Positions 10,595 to 21,735 of a stretch of DNA of 64,000 nt are shown here, in pieces. Below the pieces are notes generated by a model, which made no database searches, was not told the DNA's origin, and saw nothing but the letters and a program-made list of their open reading frames with translations. The translations under genes were made by a program, and so were the position numbers. Every line of letters starts with the position of its first letter. Position 1 is the stretch's first letter. Source of the DNA: an uncultured beta proteobacterium (lineage in GTDB: Bacteria > Pseudomonadota > Gammaproteobacteria > Burkholderiales > Casimicrobiaceae); assembly GCA_963823475.1 (NCBI GenBank), contig CAWGLS010000002.1:96143-160142 (forward strand), in the 5' to 3' direction.

Positions 10595-11949
10595 TCATTT
10601 CGAGAACTCCGCCTCCATCTCCCGGCGGAACTTCACGGCGTCGTTGGCCGCGTCGTAGCTGACGTCGTCCCAGCGCACCGGCGCGTGCGCGGCGATGGCG
10701 CGCGTCAGCGTCACGCCGTGCGCGAGCCCGAGTGGCAGGCCGCCGAGCGCGCGCGAAGCGGCGGACGGCAGCAACTTGCCGTACACCGTGTAGCCGCCTT
10801 CGCCATCGAGCGTTGCGCCGGCCGCGAGATCGCGTTTGGCGGTGGCGACGACATCGCCGTGCCAGCCGAAAGCCTGTCCGGTGGGCTCACGGCGCAGGCC
10901 GGCCGACGCGACGCTGATGCCGAGTTCGAGGCCGATCGCGTGGTACGGCTTGTACATCGCCGAGTAACGACCGGAGGGATCGGTCGAAAAGCCGTATTCG
11001 CGGAAGCAGCGGCGCACGTAGTCCTCGCCGGTAGCGTCGCCGGCGCGAAACGTCACGTAGACACCCCAGCGCAGGTCGCGGAACACCGGGCGCCCGTCGC
11101 GTTCGACGCTCGAGATCACTTCGACCTGGCCCACGTGGTCGAGCAGGCCGCCCTCGGCGCGCGGCTTGAGTATCCGCGGCAGATCGTCGACGCCACACGG
11201 CGGGAAGCGGAGTCCCTCCGGCGCGGGTGCCAGTCCCGTCGCGTTCGCGACCGCCGCCATCTCGATGGCGCTCTTGGTGCCGTCGAGGAACGAATTGAAC
11301 ATCTGCGCGTTGAAATCGCCGGCGGCGACCATCTCCGGCGTGAACCCGTAGTGGGGCCACACGGTGGCCGGCGTGGAGGCGTGATACGCGGGCAGGTACT
11401 TGGTCCCCTTGCCCGCCGCCACGACCTCGAAGCCCGCCGTGCGGCACCAGTCGACCATTTCGCAGATGAGCGCCGGCTGGTCGCCGTAGGCGAGCGAGTA
11501 GACGATGCCCGCCTGCCGGGCGCGCTCCGCGAGCAGCGGGCCGGCCAGCGCGTCGGCCTCGACGTTGACCATGACGATGTGCTTGCCGTGCGCGCAGCAC
11601 GCGAGCACGTGGCGAATGCCTGCCGCCGGATGGCCGGTGGCGTCGATGACGATCTCGACTTCGGGCGCCGCGATGGCGGCCAGCGCGTCGTCGGTCACGC
11701 ACGTCGTGCCGTTGCGTCCGGCTTCGGTCTAGCGTTCGCGCCGAATATTTGTCGGCCGGCCAGCCGACGCGGGCGAGCGACGCGCGCGCGCGGTCCGGCA
11801 CGAGATCGGCGATCGCCACCATGTGGATGCCCGGCGTGTGCTTCACCTGCGCCAGGTACATCGCCGCCGAACTTGCCGGCGCCGATGAGCGCCACACGCA
11901 GCGGCGTGCCCGCGCTGGCGCGTTGCAGCAGCATGCGATGGAGGTTCAT
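10595..11949 (-). pseudogene. NAD(P)-binding oxidoreductase (COG4091 predicted homoserine-dehydrogenase-like), split over three reading frames (at least two frameshifts)
   Basis: The N-terminus MNLHRMLLQRASAGTPLRVALIGAGKFGG is in ORF 11695..11982. It continues as …AAMYLAQVKHTPGIHMVAIADLVPD… in ORF 10887..11897, and the C-terminal 367 aa are in ORF 10595..11698. Confidence 0.65.
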
Positions 11950-12084
11950 CCCGCAATGATGCAGCGGAAGCGGCGACGGCACAACGCCGGCGGCATGTTG
12001 TCGTCAGCGCGGCCCGTGCGTCGCGCGCGGCTAGAATGAGCGGCGAAACTTTCCGGCTTTCGCAGGCAGACTCGAGGAGACAGG

Positions 12085-12693
12085 ATGAAGCTCTACTACG
12101 CCCCCGGCGCATGTTCGCTCGCGTCCCACATCGCGCTGAACGAGGCCGGCATCGCCTACGAGACCGAGCGGGTCGACCTCAAGGCGAAGACGACCGCGAG
12201 CGGCGCCGACTATCGGGCGATCAACGAGAAAGGGTCGGTTCCGGCCTTGGCGCTGGACGACGGCGGCGTCCTCACCGAAAGCGCCGTGGTGCTGCAGTTC
12301 ATCGCCGACCGCAATCCCGGGTCGGGACTGGCGCCCGCGCACGGCACGTTCGCGCGCTACCGGTTCGCCGAGTGGCTCAATTACATCGCGACCGAAATTC
12401 ATAAGGGTTTCGGCCCGCTGTGGAATGCGGCCAACCCGGACGACGTGAAGCAAAGGGCGAAGGAGGCCCTGTTCCAGCGCTTCGACTATGTCGGCAAGCG
12501 ACTCGCGTCCGCGCCTTTCCTGATGGGCGATGACTTCACCGCCGCCGACGCCTACCTGTACACGATGCTGCGCTGGGCGACGCCGCTTAGGATCGACCTC
12601 GTGCAGTGGCCGTCGCTTGCGCAGTTCATGGCCCGCGTGGCGGCGCGCCCAGGGGTGCGCAAGGCGCTGGAGGCGGAAGGGTTGTCCGCCTGA
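12085..12693 (+). CDS. Glutathione S-transferase
   Basis: 202 aa with a GST N-terminal thioredoxin-like domain (MKLYYAPGACSLASHIALNEAGI…) and a C-terminal helical domain. Confidence 0.9.
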   Translation: MKLYYAPGACSLASHIALNEAGIAYETERVDLKAKTTASGADYRAINEKGSVPALALDDGGVLTESAVVLQFIADRNPGSGLAPAHGTFARYRFAEWLNYIATEIHKGFGPLWNAANPDDVKQRAKEALFQRFDYVGKRLASAPFLMGDDFTAADAYLYTMLRWATPLRIDLVQWPSLAQFMARVAARPGVRKALEAEGLSA

Positions 12694-12743
12694 AACGCAT
12701 TCGGCGCCGCGCGACAGCGGCGTCCTCCGCACACGTGCGCCGG

Positions 12744-13361
12744 CTATGCGGCCAGCAGCCCCAGTTCCCGGAATGCCTGCCGCGCGCCGTCGACGCCGGC
12801 GACGCGCCGCGTCACCATTCCCAGCTTCGCGGCCGCGTCGACGTTGATCGCGTTGTCGTCGATGAACAGCACGCGCTCCGCCGGCGCGTCGACGGCGTCG
12901 AGCACATGCTGGAAATACTCGGCGTCGGGCTTCAGCTTGCCGACGAGGTGCGACGGGAAGTTGTGATGGAACGACGCGTCGAGCGACCACGCGCTTGCGA
13001 ACCGCGCCCAGTGGATCTCGTTCGTGTTCGACACGCTGGCGAGCCGATAGCGCTCGCGCATCGTCGCGAGCAGCTCCGCCGCGCCGGGGAACATGGCGCG
13101 CGGCCACCACGTGAACGCCTCGAGGAACTCGTCCGGCCCCACCGGGACGCCGAACTCGCCGATGAGCGCCGTCGCGAACTCGTCGCGGCCGATGGCGCCG
13201 GTTTCAAAACGGCGCACGGCGCTCGACTGCAGCCAGCGCCGCCACAGTTCGTCGGTGGTGCCGAGTCCCGGCGACCATTCCAGCATCTTTTCCACGCCGG
13301 CGAGCTCGATCAGCACGCCGCCCAGGTCGAACAGGATCACTTCGATCGGTGGTGTCTTCAT
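12744..13361 (-). CDS. HAD-superfamily hydrolase (subfamily IA)
   Basis: Motif I (ILFDLGGVL) and downstream HAD motifs are present; 205 aa. Confidence 0.8.
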   Translation of the reverse strand: MKTPPIEVILFDLGGVLIELAGVEKMLEWSPGLGTTDELWRRWLQSSAVRRFETGAIGRDEFATALIGEFGVPVGPDEFLEAFTWWPRAMFPGAAELLATMRERYRLASVSNTNEIHWARFASAWSLDASFHHNFPSHLVGKLKPDAEYFQHVLDAVDAPAERVLFIDDNAINVDAAAKLGMVTRRVAGVDGARQAFRELGLLAA

Positions 13362-13365
13362 CGTA

Positions 13366-14241
13366 TCAATGCAAGGCGAGGGCGAGTCCGATCGGCACGA
13401 AGACGACGGACAGGACGTTGCCGATCAGGACGATCGACGCCACCTTGGCCGGCTCCTGCTTGAACTGCTCGGCCACCATGAAGTTGAGCACCGCCGGCGG
13501 CAGCGCGCCGAACAGGATCAGGAGGCCCGTCTGCATCGGATCGAGCCCGAGCAGCGGGGCGAGCAGCGCGGCCATCGCGATGCCGGTCAGCGGGCACACG
13601 AGCCCGCCGATCACGCCCAGGTGCCAGTCGTCCCAGCGCACCTCGTAGAGCCGCACGCCCAGCGACAGCAGCATCATGGGGATCAGCGCGTCGCCGACCA
13701 TCTTGATGCCGACGCTCGCCCATTCGGGCATCGGCGGATGCACGATGGCGAAAGCGAAGCCCAGGAACGTCGACCACACCATCGGATTGCGCAGCAGGCT
13801 GCCGAAGCGCGCGTTGTGATCGACGAGCCAGGTGCCGAGCGTGAAGTGCAGCAGGTTGGAAATCGTGAACAGCGCGACCATCGCCGAAAAGCCCGCCTGC
13901 CCGAACGCGAGCACGGCCAGCGGCAGCCCCATGTTGCCGCAGTTGTTGAACATCATCGGCGGCACGAACGTGCGCGGATTGGCGTGCAGCAGGCGCGCGA
14001 ACGGCCACGCGAGGAGCCCCGAGCCCAGCACGACGCCGACGCTGGCCACCATCAGCAGCTTGTAGGCACCGACGTCGAAGTCCTTGCTCGCCAGCGCGGA
14101 GAAGATGAGCGCCGGCGCGAGGATCGTCATGCTGATCCGGTTCACCATCGCCATGTCGGGCTTCACGCGGCGCGCGTAGAAGTATCCGACCATGATGATC
14201 AGGAAGACCGGCAGGATGATGCCGAGGATGCGTTCGAGCAT
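13366..14241 (-). CDS. AEC (auxin efflux carrier) family transporter
   Basis: 291 aa polytopic membrane protein with AEC-family architecture. Confidence 0.8.
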   Translation of the reverse strand: MLERILGIILPVFLIIMVGYFYARRVKPDMAMVNRISMTILAPALIFSALASKDFDVGAYKLLMVASVGVVLGSGLLAWPFARLLHANPRTFVPPMMFNNCGNMGLPLAVLAFGQAGFSAMVALFTISNLLHFTLGTWLVDHNARFGSLLRNPMVWSTFLGFAFAIVHPPMPEWASVGIKMVGDALIPMMLLSLGVRLYEVRWDDWHLGVIGGLVCPLTGIAMAALLAPLLGLDPMQTGLLILFGALPPAVLNFMVAEQFKQEPAKVASIVLIGNVLSVVFVPIGLALALH

Positions 14242-14377
14242 GGGGGAAGCCGCGGAGGCGGAGCCGGATCGCGTGTCCGCGGTCAGCCGCGCAACGGACG
14301 CGGCGACGCGGAACTGGCGCGTCGAGCGGTCGACGAGCGCTCCATCAGCGCGGCGCGCGCATGGCGGCAGGCCGGCA

Positions 14378-15709
14378 TCAGAGGATGTACCGCGAGAGGT
14401 TGTCGTCGCCGGCGATGTCGGCCAGCGTGGCGTCGACGAAGGCCGCGTCGATTTGAATGTGCTCGCCGGTGCGCCGCGCCGCGTGGAACGACACGTCGTC
14501 CAGCAGGCGCTCCATCACCGTGTAGAGGCGCCGCGCGCCGATGTTCTCCTGCTTTTCGTTGACGGCGAACGCGATCTCGGCGAGTCGCCTGATGCCATCG
14601 GCCTGGAACTCGAGATGCACCTGCTCGGTGGCGAGCAGCGCGGCGTACTGCCGCGTCAGGCAGGCGTCGGTCGCCGTCAGGATCTTCTCGAAGTCGGACA
14701 CCGACAGCGACGAGAGTTCGACGCGGATCGGAAAGCGGCCCTGCAGCTCGGGAATGAGGTCGGACGGCTTGGACAGGTGGAACGCGCCCGAGGCGATGAA
14801 CAGGATGTGATCGGTCTTGACCATGCCGTACTTCGTCGACACCGTCGTGCCTTCGACGATCGGCAGCAGGTCGCGCTGCACGCCCTGGCGCGACACGTCG
14901 GCGCCATGCGCTTCGGAGCGCGACGCGATCTTGTCCATCTCGTCCAGGAAGACGATGCCGTTCTGCTCGGCGGCGGCCAGCGCGCGGGTCTTGATGTCGT
15001 CGTCGTTGAGCAGCCGCGCGGCTTCCTCGTCGGTCAGCGTCTTCATCGCCTCGGCGACGGTCATCTTCTTCAGCTTGCGGCGGCCGGAGCCCATCTGCTG
15101 GAACATGCCCTGGATCTGGCTCGTCAGCTCCTCCATGCCGGGCGGCGCCATGATCTCCATCTGCGCCGGCAGCGCCGAGACCTCGATCTCGACCTCGCGG
15201 TCGTCGAGCGCGCCCTCGCGCAGCATCTTGCGGAATTTCTGCCGCGTCGCGGAATCGGTGGGCTTCAGGTCCGCGAAGTTGACCTCGCGCGCGGGCGGCA
15301 GCAGCACGTCGAGCAGGCGCTCCTCGGCGTTGTCGGCGGCGCGGTCGCGCACCTTGCGCGTCTCGGCCTCACGCGTCTCCTTGACCGCCACCTCCACGAG
15401 ATCGCGGATGATCGTGTCGACGTCGCGGCCGACGTAGCCGACTTCGGTGAACTTGGTGGCCTCGACCTTGACGAACGGCGCGTCGGCGAGCCGCGCCAGC
15501 CGGCGCGCGATCTCGGTCTTGCCGACGCCCGTCGGCCCGATCATCAGGATGTTCTTCGGCGTGATCTCGTGCCGCAGCGGCTCGGCCACCTGCTGCCGGC
15601 GCCAGCGGTTGCGCAGCGCGATCGCGACGGCGCGCTTGGCGGCGTCCTGCCCGACGATGTGCTTGTCGAGTTCGGAAACGATCTCTTCGGGTGTCATCTG
15701 GGACGACAT
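14378..15709 (-). CDS. hslU: ATP-dependent protease ATPase subunit HslU
   Basis: [38 protein letters not shown]… with a AAA+ Walker A ([15 protein letters not shown]). The start was chosen at the internal Met of ORF 14378..15766. Confidence 0.95.
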   Translation of the reverse strand: MSSQMTPEEIVSELDKHIVGQDAAKRAVAIALRNRWRRQQVAEPLRHEITPKNILMIGPTGVGKTEIARRLARLADAPFVKVEATKFTEVGYVGRDVDTIIRDLVEVAVKETREAETRKVRDRAADNAEERLLDVLLPPAREVNFADLKPTDSATRQKFRKMLREGALDDREVEIEVSALPAQMEIMAPPGMEELTSQIQGMFQQMGSGRRKLKKMTVAEAMKTLTDEEAARLLNDDDIKTRALAAAEQNGIVFLDEMDKIASRSEAHGADVSRQGVQRDLLPIVEGTTVSTKYGMVKTDHILFIASGAFHLSKPSDLIPELQGRFPIRVELSSLSVSDFEKILTATDACLTRQYAALLATEQVHLEFQADGIRRLAEIAFAVNEKQENIGARRLYTVMERLLDDVSFHAARRTGEHIQIDAAFVDATLADIAGDDNLSRYIL

Positions 15710-15830
15710 GGCGGAGGCTTCGCGAACGACCAAAGAAAACGGCCGCCTCGTGTAGGCGGCCGTCAAATTTTACCGGAAGGACGCGGACGTCGAATCCCGA
15801 AAGGCCTTTCTTGTCCGCGTCCCAACTGCA

Positions 15831-17955
15831 TCAATCCGGGACCGTCACCGTGTTGCCGGAGAACGTGATCTGGTTGCCGGCAGAAGGCGCGCTGACGATC
15901 GGCGGCACGTTGGCGGGGTGATCGCCGGCGCCTGACCCGGCGTACCGCCGCGCGGGACCGTCCGCACGACCTGTGACGGCGGCAGCGGCACGCTTTGCGT
16001 CAGGTTGCGCGTACATCGCGTCCATCGCCTTGATGAAGTAGTAGTGCAGCGGGATGTAGGCGGAGTCGTAGCCCGGGAACAGGCGCGATTGTCGATGAAG
16101 GCTGTCGAAGTGCTGCGCGTTGGTCACCTCGATGTACGTCAGCTTGACTTTGCGCGCCTTCGACGACTGCTTGTTGAGCCCGAAGTACGGCCGGGAGTTG
16201 AAATTCACCGGAATCAGCGCATCCGCGCGACCATGGACGATAATCGCCGGCTTGCCGCGCAGGTTGCCCGTGCGCAACGTTTCGCGCACGCCGGTCTGCA
16301 CGCCTTGCGCGATCGGCGTCGGTACCGGTCCACAGGGTGCGGAAGCAAACGCCGCCGTCAAGGTTGTAGTCCTGCATGCCCGTCGACGGCGAATCGGAGA
16401 CCGCCGTGTTGACCGGGCCACCGACGCTAGTCGTTGTTGATGAGCTGGATGCCGAGGTCGGCGGAACGCCGTTGCTGGTGCCGAAGATCTGCGCAAGCGC
16501 GGCGCCGCAATCGGCACGGGCTTGCCCGCGGCGTCGGTCGCGCCATCGACATACCACACAGGTTCTCCTTCACGCTGTAGCGGCCGTAGGAGGCGCCGAA
16601 ACTCGGCAAGATGGGAATGTAGGTACTCGTGAAGGACTTGCGAGCAGCGGAATAGGATTCCACCTGGTACCCGGCCGCGAGCAGGATATCGAGCGCGTCG
16701 TCCGCCTGTGCCTGCGCGGTGCTCGTGGTCAGCAAACCCTTCGCCTTGAGGCCCGCGCAGCGGTTGTCGGCGAACGCGGGACCGGCAGCACGGCCGCGAT
16801 GCCGTACGAATTCGCGGCGCGCGGCGCCTGCGAAGCGCAGCCCATGTAAAGGTTGCCGAGCGTGTAGTAGTCGTAGAGCGGACGTGCGACCGGCTGCAGC
16901 GTGCCGTGCCGCGCACGACGGTGAGCCGCCGGGGGCGCAAGCTCGAGCGTCGGCTCGCCGACCGCGACGCCGTCGATGAGGCCCTCCGTGTCCTGCTCGG
17001 CGGCAGCGATCGAACGCCTCCGCCGTTGGAGACCGAGGAGGCGATGACGACGGTGTTCGCCGGCTTGAAGTCCACTTTCGCCGTGCCGTCGCTGTTGCGC
17101 GCCGCGCGCTCCTCGTTCAGCACGTAGAATGCGAAACGGATCGCGTCGAGCGTGTCCCTTGCCCCAGTCCTTCTCGGGATTGCTGCTGCGAATGCGCGTG
17201 CTTGGTGGCGAACCGGTTCGGCCACGCCGCGTTGAACGACGCAAGCTCGGAGGCGGTGAGTTCCGCGGTGAAGTTGGAATTCTTGCCTGCTGCGGCCGCG
17301 CTGCTGCGCACGCCGTTCTGCAGGTTCACCGTGTCGGTCGCAAGATCGTGGAAACCGGTGCCGGTACCCTTGTCCGTGTACGCGACCACGCAGCCGCGCT
17401 TCAAGCCCCATTCGCCCGCGGTAGCCGATGGCGCCGTAGACACCGCGCGAGCCCGACGACGCCGCGGTGATGATGCATGCCTTCGAAGCCATCGAACGAC
17501 AGCCGGGATCTGCACCATCATCGTCACGTTCAGCTTGCCCGAGCCATCATCGGCGTATGCGATGTACTCGGTGCCGGCAACCTTGCCCTCGCCCAGCGTC
17601 GGATTGCCGTTGCTGTCGATGTTGGGGCCGTAGAGCCTGCCGTAGCCGCCGTTCGCCACGATGTCGACGAGCGCGCGATAGTTGTTGTAGATCGCGAGCG
17701 TGCGCAGCTCGGCGGCCGTGGGCGCCGTGGCGTCGACGACCGTCGGTGACGCGCCGGCGAGTCCGGTCTTGCCCAGCCCCGCCGTCAGCAGGTCATTGGT
17801 GACGCCGTCGTACGACGACTTGGAGACGACGCCGACGAACGCCGGCTTCAGGTTCTGTTCCGGCGTATAGGTGTCGCTGCCCCAGCATCCGGCGAGCGAC
17901 AGCGTGGCGACTGCCGCGAGCGACAGCGCGCTCGCGGAAGCGAAAATTCTGCATG
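15831..17955 (-). pseudogene. Secreted lipoprotein hydrolase resembling D-(-)-3-hydroxybutyrate-oligomer hydrolase, fragmented over at least 5 reading frames
   Basis: A lipobox N-terminus (SASALSLAAVATLSLAGCWGSDTYTPEQ…) runs through ORF 17117..17659. Conserved blocks are then scattered across ORFs 16729..17244, 16427..16735, 16000..16557 and 15831..17492 (…KPAIIVHGRADALIPVNF…KLTYIEVTNAQHFD…YIPLHYYFIKAMDAMY…). Confidence 0.55.
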
Positions 17956-18107
17956 GTGTTTCCTCCCCGATGAAACGGCTCGATGCGCCGCTGGCGGCAT
18001 TCTAGCCCGCGGCATGGACAAATCGCAGCAGCGGCCGGCGACTTCGCGCAGATGCCCTATCATGGTGCGCGCTTGGCGCCTGTTTCAACCACCTGTCTGG
18101 AGATCAC

Positions 18108-18620
18108 ATGACGAAAACGATTGGCTGGATGGCGGCGGCATTGCTCGCCGCAGCATGCACGACGACCGGCCCCACCGCGCCGACCGCCACCGCCAAGCTG
18201 GAGCCCACCAAGGGCAACACCGCGAACGGCCTCGTCACGTTCACGCAGAAGGGCGACAAGGTTCTCGTCAACGCCCAGGTCGCCGGCCTCACGCCCGGCG
18301 GCCATGGCTTCCACATCCACGAGAAGGGCGACTGCAGTTCCGGCGACGGCATGAGCGCCGGCGGGCATTTCAATCCCCGCGGCAAGCCGCATGCCGCGCC
18401 CACGACGCCGGACCGGCATGTGGGCGACGCGCCGATGCTCATCGCCGACGCCAGCGGCAACGCGGTGCTCGTCATCGAGCTCGACGTGATGACGATCGGC
18501 CGCGGCGACACCGACATCGTCGGCCGCGGGCTCATCGTCCACAAGGACCCCGACGACTACACGACGCAGCCGACCGGCAATGCCGGCGCGCGCGTCGCCT
18601 GCGGCGTCATCACCCGCTAG
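18108..18620 (+). CDS. sodC: Periplasmic Cu/Zn superoxide dismutase (lipoprotein)
   Basis: Lipobox plus a full set of Cu/Zn ligands (HGFHIH, GGHFNP, KPH, HVGD, VHKDPDD). Confidence 0.9.
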   Translation: MTKTIGWMAAALLAAACTTTGPTAPTATAKLEPTKGNTANGLVTFTQKGDKVLVNAQVAGLTPGGHGFHIHEKGDCSSGDGMSAGGHFNPRGKPHAAPTTPDRHVGDAPMLIADASGNAVLVIELDVMTIGRGDTDIVGRGLIVHKDPDDYTTQPTGNAGARVACGVITR

Positions 18621-18725
18621 CGCGTAAGGTCGTGGCATGGTGCGCGGGGTGACGCTGGGCGCGCGATCCCACGCGCCGCACGCGCTCTCGACCGGCGGTC
18701 GTCCGGAAATGCGACAATCGGGTGC

Positions 18726-19256
18726 ATGGAATCCATCGCCAGGATCGTCGTGGCGCTCGTCGTGGGCGTCGCGCTTGCCGCTTGCGCATCGACCAAGGAA
18801 GAATTCGATACGATCTTCGGTCGCGGCGAGGGGCTGGAGGCTTCGCTCAAGGGCACCCGGTCGGCCGCCACGGGCACGGTTCGGCTCGCCAACTTCCGCG
18901 ACGGAGTGTCGATCCAGATTTCGCTCTACAACGTGCTGCCGGGCACGTACCGCATCGCGCTGCACGAACGCGGCAACTGCACGTCGCCCAACCTGTTCTC
19001 GGCGGGACCCGCCTGGGCGCCGCCCAACTCGGGCAAGAGTCCGGACAATCTGCTGGCGCCCGTCTACGTGGATACGGAACAGGACCTGAAGCAGTTCGTC
19101 GGCTTCATCAAGGGCGCCACCGTCGACGGCCCGCTGTCGCTGCGCGGCCGCGCGGTCGTCATCCATCACGGCAACACGGTCGACGAGGCGCTTCCCGGGC
19201 TGCCCAACAACCGGATGGCGTGCGGCGTGCTCCAGCCCATCAAGCCTCCGCTGTGA
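18726..19256 (+). CDS. SodC-like lipoprotein paralog lacking several metal-binding histidines
   Basis: Cu/Zn-SOD fold with lipobox (ALAACAS). Only a single His sits where the HxH motif should be, and the GGHFNP block is replaced by AGPAWAPP. Confidence 0.7.
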   Translation: MESIARIVVALVVGVALAACASTKEEFDTIFGRGEGLEASLKGTRSAATGTVRLANFRDGVSIQISLYNVLPGTYRIALHERGNCTSPNLFSAGPAWAPPNSGKSPDNLLAPVYVDTEQDLKQFVGFIKGATVDGPLSLRGRAVVIHHGNTVDEALPGLPNNRMACGVLQPIKPPL

Positions 19257-19323
19257 CCGCCGGCCCTCGTCGCTTGGCCGCCGCGCGTCAGTCCCCGTCA
19301 ACCCTTCCCGAACCCGACCCCAC

Positions 19324-20112
19324 ATGGGCTTTCTCGCCGACCGCAGGATCCTGATCACCGGTGTGCTTTCGAACCGGTCCATCGCGTACGGCGTCGCACG
19401 CGCGTGCCAGCGCGAGGGCGCCACGCTCGCGTTCACGTACGTCAACGACGAGCTGAAGGAACGCGTGGTGCGGATCGCCGCGGAATTCGGGCCGGTGCCG
19501 GTGCTGCCGTGCGATGTCAGCCGCGATGACGACGTCGACGCGCTGTTCGCGTCGCTCAAGACGGAGTGGGGGAGCCTGGACGGGATGCTGCATTCGATCG
19601 CGTTCGCGCCGCGCGAAGCGCTGTCCGGCGATTTCCTGGACGGCACGACGCGCGCCGCGTTCGCCATGGCGCACGACATATCGAGCTACAGCTTCGCGGC
19701 GCTCGCCCGCGGTGCGCGGCCGCTGATGCAGGGCCGCGGCGGCGCGATGCTGACGCTGACCTACCTGGGCGCCATGCGCGCGGTGGCCAACTACAACGTG
19801 ATGGGACTCGCCAAGGCGAGCCTCGAAGCCAACGTCCGCTACCTGGCCGCCTGCCTCGGACCCGAGCAGATCCGCGTGAACGGCATCTCGGCCGGTCCGA
19901 TCAAGACGCTCGCCGCCGCGGGCATCGGCGGCTTTTCGAAGATCCTGAGCTTCGTCGAGAGGACGGCGCCGCTGCGCCGCAACGTCACGATCGACGAAGT
20001 CGGCAACGTCGCCGCCTTCCTGCTGTCGCCGCTCGCGAGCGCGGTGACCGCCGAGATCACTTATGTCGACTGCGGCTTCTCGACCGTGGCCGCCGGCCTG
20101 GGTGACGAGTAG
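19324..20112 (+). CDS. fabI: Enoyl-[acyl-carrier-protein] reductase (NADH) FabI
   Basis: 262 aa SDR: MGFLADRRILITGVLSNRSIAYGVA… with the Tyr-x6-Lys catalytic pattern. Confidence 0.95.
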   Translation: MGFLADRRILITGVLSNRSIAYGVARACQREGATLAFTYVNDELKERVVRIAAEFGPVPVLPCDVSRDDDVDALFASLKTEWGSLDGMLHSIAFAPREALSGDFLDGTTRAAFAMAHDISSYSFAALARGARPLMQGRGGAMLTLTYLGAMRAVANYNVMGLAKASLEANVRYLAACLGPEQIRVNGISAGPIKTLAAAGIGGFSKILSFVERTAPLRRNVTIDEVGNVAAFLLSPLASAVTAEITYVDCGFSTVAAGLGDE

Positions 20113-21734
20113 CGCGCGCCGCTTCGACGCCGTCATCATCGGCGGCGGCCACAACGGCCTGACCTGCGCGGCGTACCTCGCGGCAGCCGGACTGTCGGTC
20201 TGCGTGGCCGAGCGCCGCGGCGTGGTCGGCGGCGCAGCGGTCACCGAGGAATTCCATCCCGGCTTTCGCAATTCGACGGCGAGCTACACCGTCAGCCTGC
20301 TCGATCCGCAGGTCATCCGCGATCTGAAGCTCGCGCAACACGGGCTCGTCGTCCGCGAGCGGCCGTTCGCCAATTTCCTGCCGCTGCCCGACGGCCAGTA
20401 CCTGAAGGTGGGCGGCGGACTGGCCGCCACGCAGGCGGAGGTCGCGAAGTTCTCGCGGCGCGACGCCGACGCGCTGCCGGCGTATTACGCGATGCTCGAC
20501 CGGATCGCCGACGTGCTGCGCGGCATGATGATGATCACGCCGCCGAACCTGGGCGCGAGCACCGCGCGCGATCTCGCCTCGGTCGTCGACCTCGTGAAGG
20601 CCGGCAAGCGTTTCCGCGCGTTGACGCTCCCCGAACGCCGCGACATCGTCGATCTCTTCACCAAGAGCGCCGGCGAGATCCTCGACCGCTGGTTCGAATC
20701 CGTGCCCATCAAGGCGGCGTTCGGCTTCGATGCCGTCGTCGGCAACTTCGCGAGTCCGTACACGCCCGGATCGGCGTACGTGCTGCTGCACCACGTGTTC
20801 GGCGAGGTGAACGGCAAGCCGGGGCAATGGGGCCATGCGGTCGGCGGCATGGGCGCGATCACGCAGGCGATGGCCGCCGAATGCGCGGCGCGCGGCGTCG
20901 TCGTGCGGACCCATGCGCCGGTGGCGCGCGTCATCGTCAAGGCCAAGCGCGCGGCGGGCATCGAGCTCGAAAGCGGCGAGGTCATCGAGGGCGCGCGGAT
21001 CGTCGCCAACGTGAATCCCAAGCTGCTGTTCCAGCGGCTCGTCGCGCCGGAGCACCTGCCCGACGATTTCCGCGCGCGCATCGACGGCTATCGCTGCGGG
21101 TCCGGGACGTTCCGCATGAACGTCGCGCTGTCGGCGCTGCCGAGCTTCACCGCGTTGCCCGGCCGCAAGGCGCAGCCGCATCACAGCAGCGGCATCATCA
21201 TGGCGCCGTCGCTCGCCTACATGGAGCGCGCGTACTTCGATGCGCGTACCGACGGCTGGTCGCGCGCGCCGGTCGTCGAGATGCTGATTCCGTCGACCGT
21301 CGACGACACGCTCGCCCCCGCCGGGCATGCACGTGGCGAGCCTCTTTTGCCAGCACGTGCATCCCGACCTGCCGTCGGTGCTGTCCGGCCGCACGTGGGA
21401 CGACGCGCGCGAGGAAGTCGCCGACCTGATGATCGCCACCGTCGACCGCTTCGCGCCGAAGTTCAGCGCGAGCGTCGTGGGCCGCCGGGCGCTGTCGCCG
21501 CTCGACCTCGAGCGCGAGTTCGGGCTGATCGGCGGCGACATCTTCCACGGCGCGCTGTCGCTCGACCAGCTCTTCTCGTCGCGGCCCGTGCTCGGCCATG
21601 CCGATTACCGGATGCCGATCCCCGGGCTCTACCTCTGCGGATCCGGCGCGCACCCCGGCGGCGGCGTCACCGGCATTCCAGGACGCAACGCGGCGCGCGA
21701 GATCGTGAGAGACGCGCGCCGGCGCTGGCGTTGA
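20102..21734 (+). CDS. Phytoene-desaturase-family FAD/NAD(P)-dependent oxidoreductase (COG1233), interrupted by a frameshift at ~21325 in a C5 run
   Basis: A GTG start overlaps the fabI stop. A Rossmann motif (FDAVIIGGGHNGL) is present. The C-terminal 135 aa continue in ORF 21327..21734. Confidence 0.7.
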
Positions 21735-21735
21735 C

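Noticed and set aside
12530-13463. Overlapping ORFs 12530..12847 (+), 12606..13463 (+) and 12932..13207 (-)
   Set aside because: They lie antisense to, or in alternative frames of, the GST and HAD genes, with low-complexity translations.
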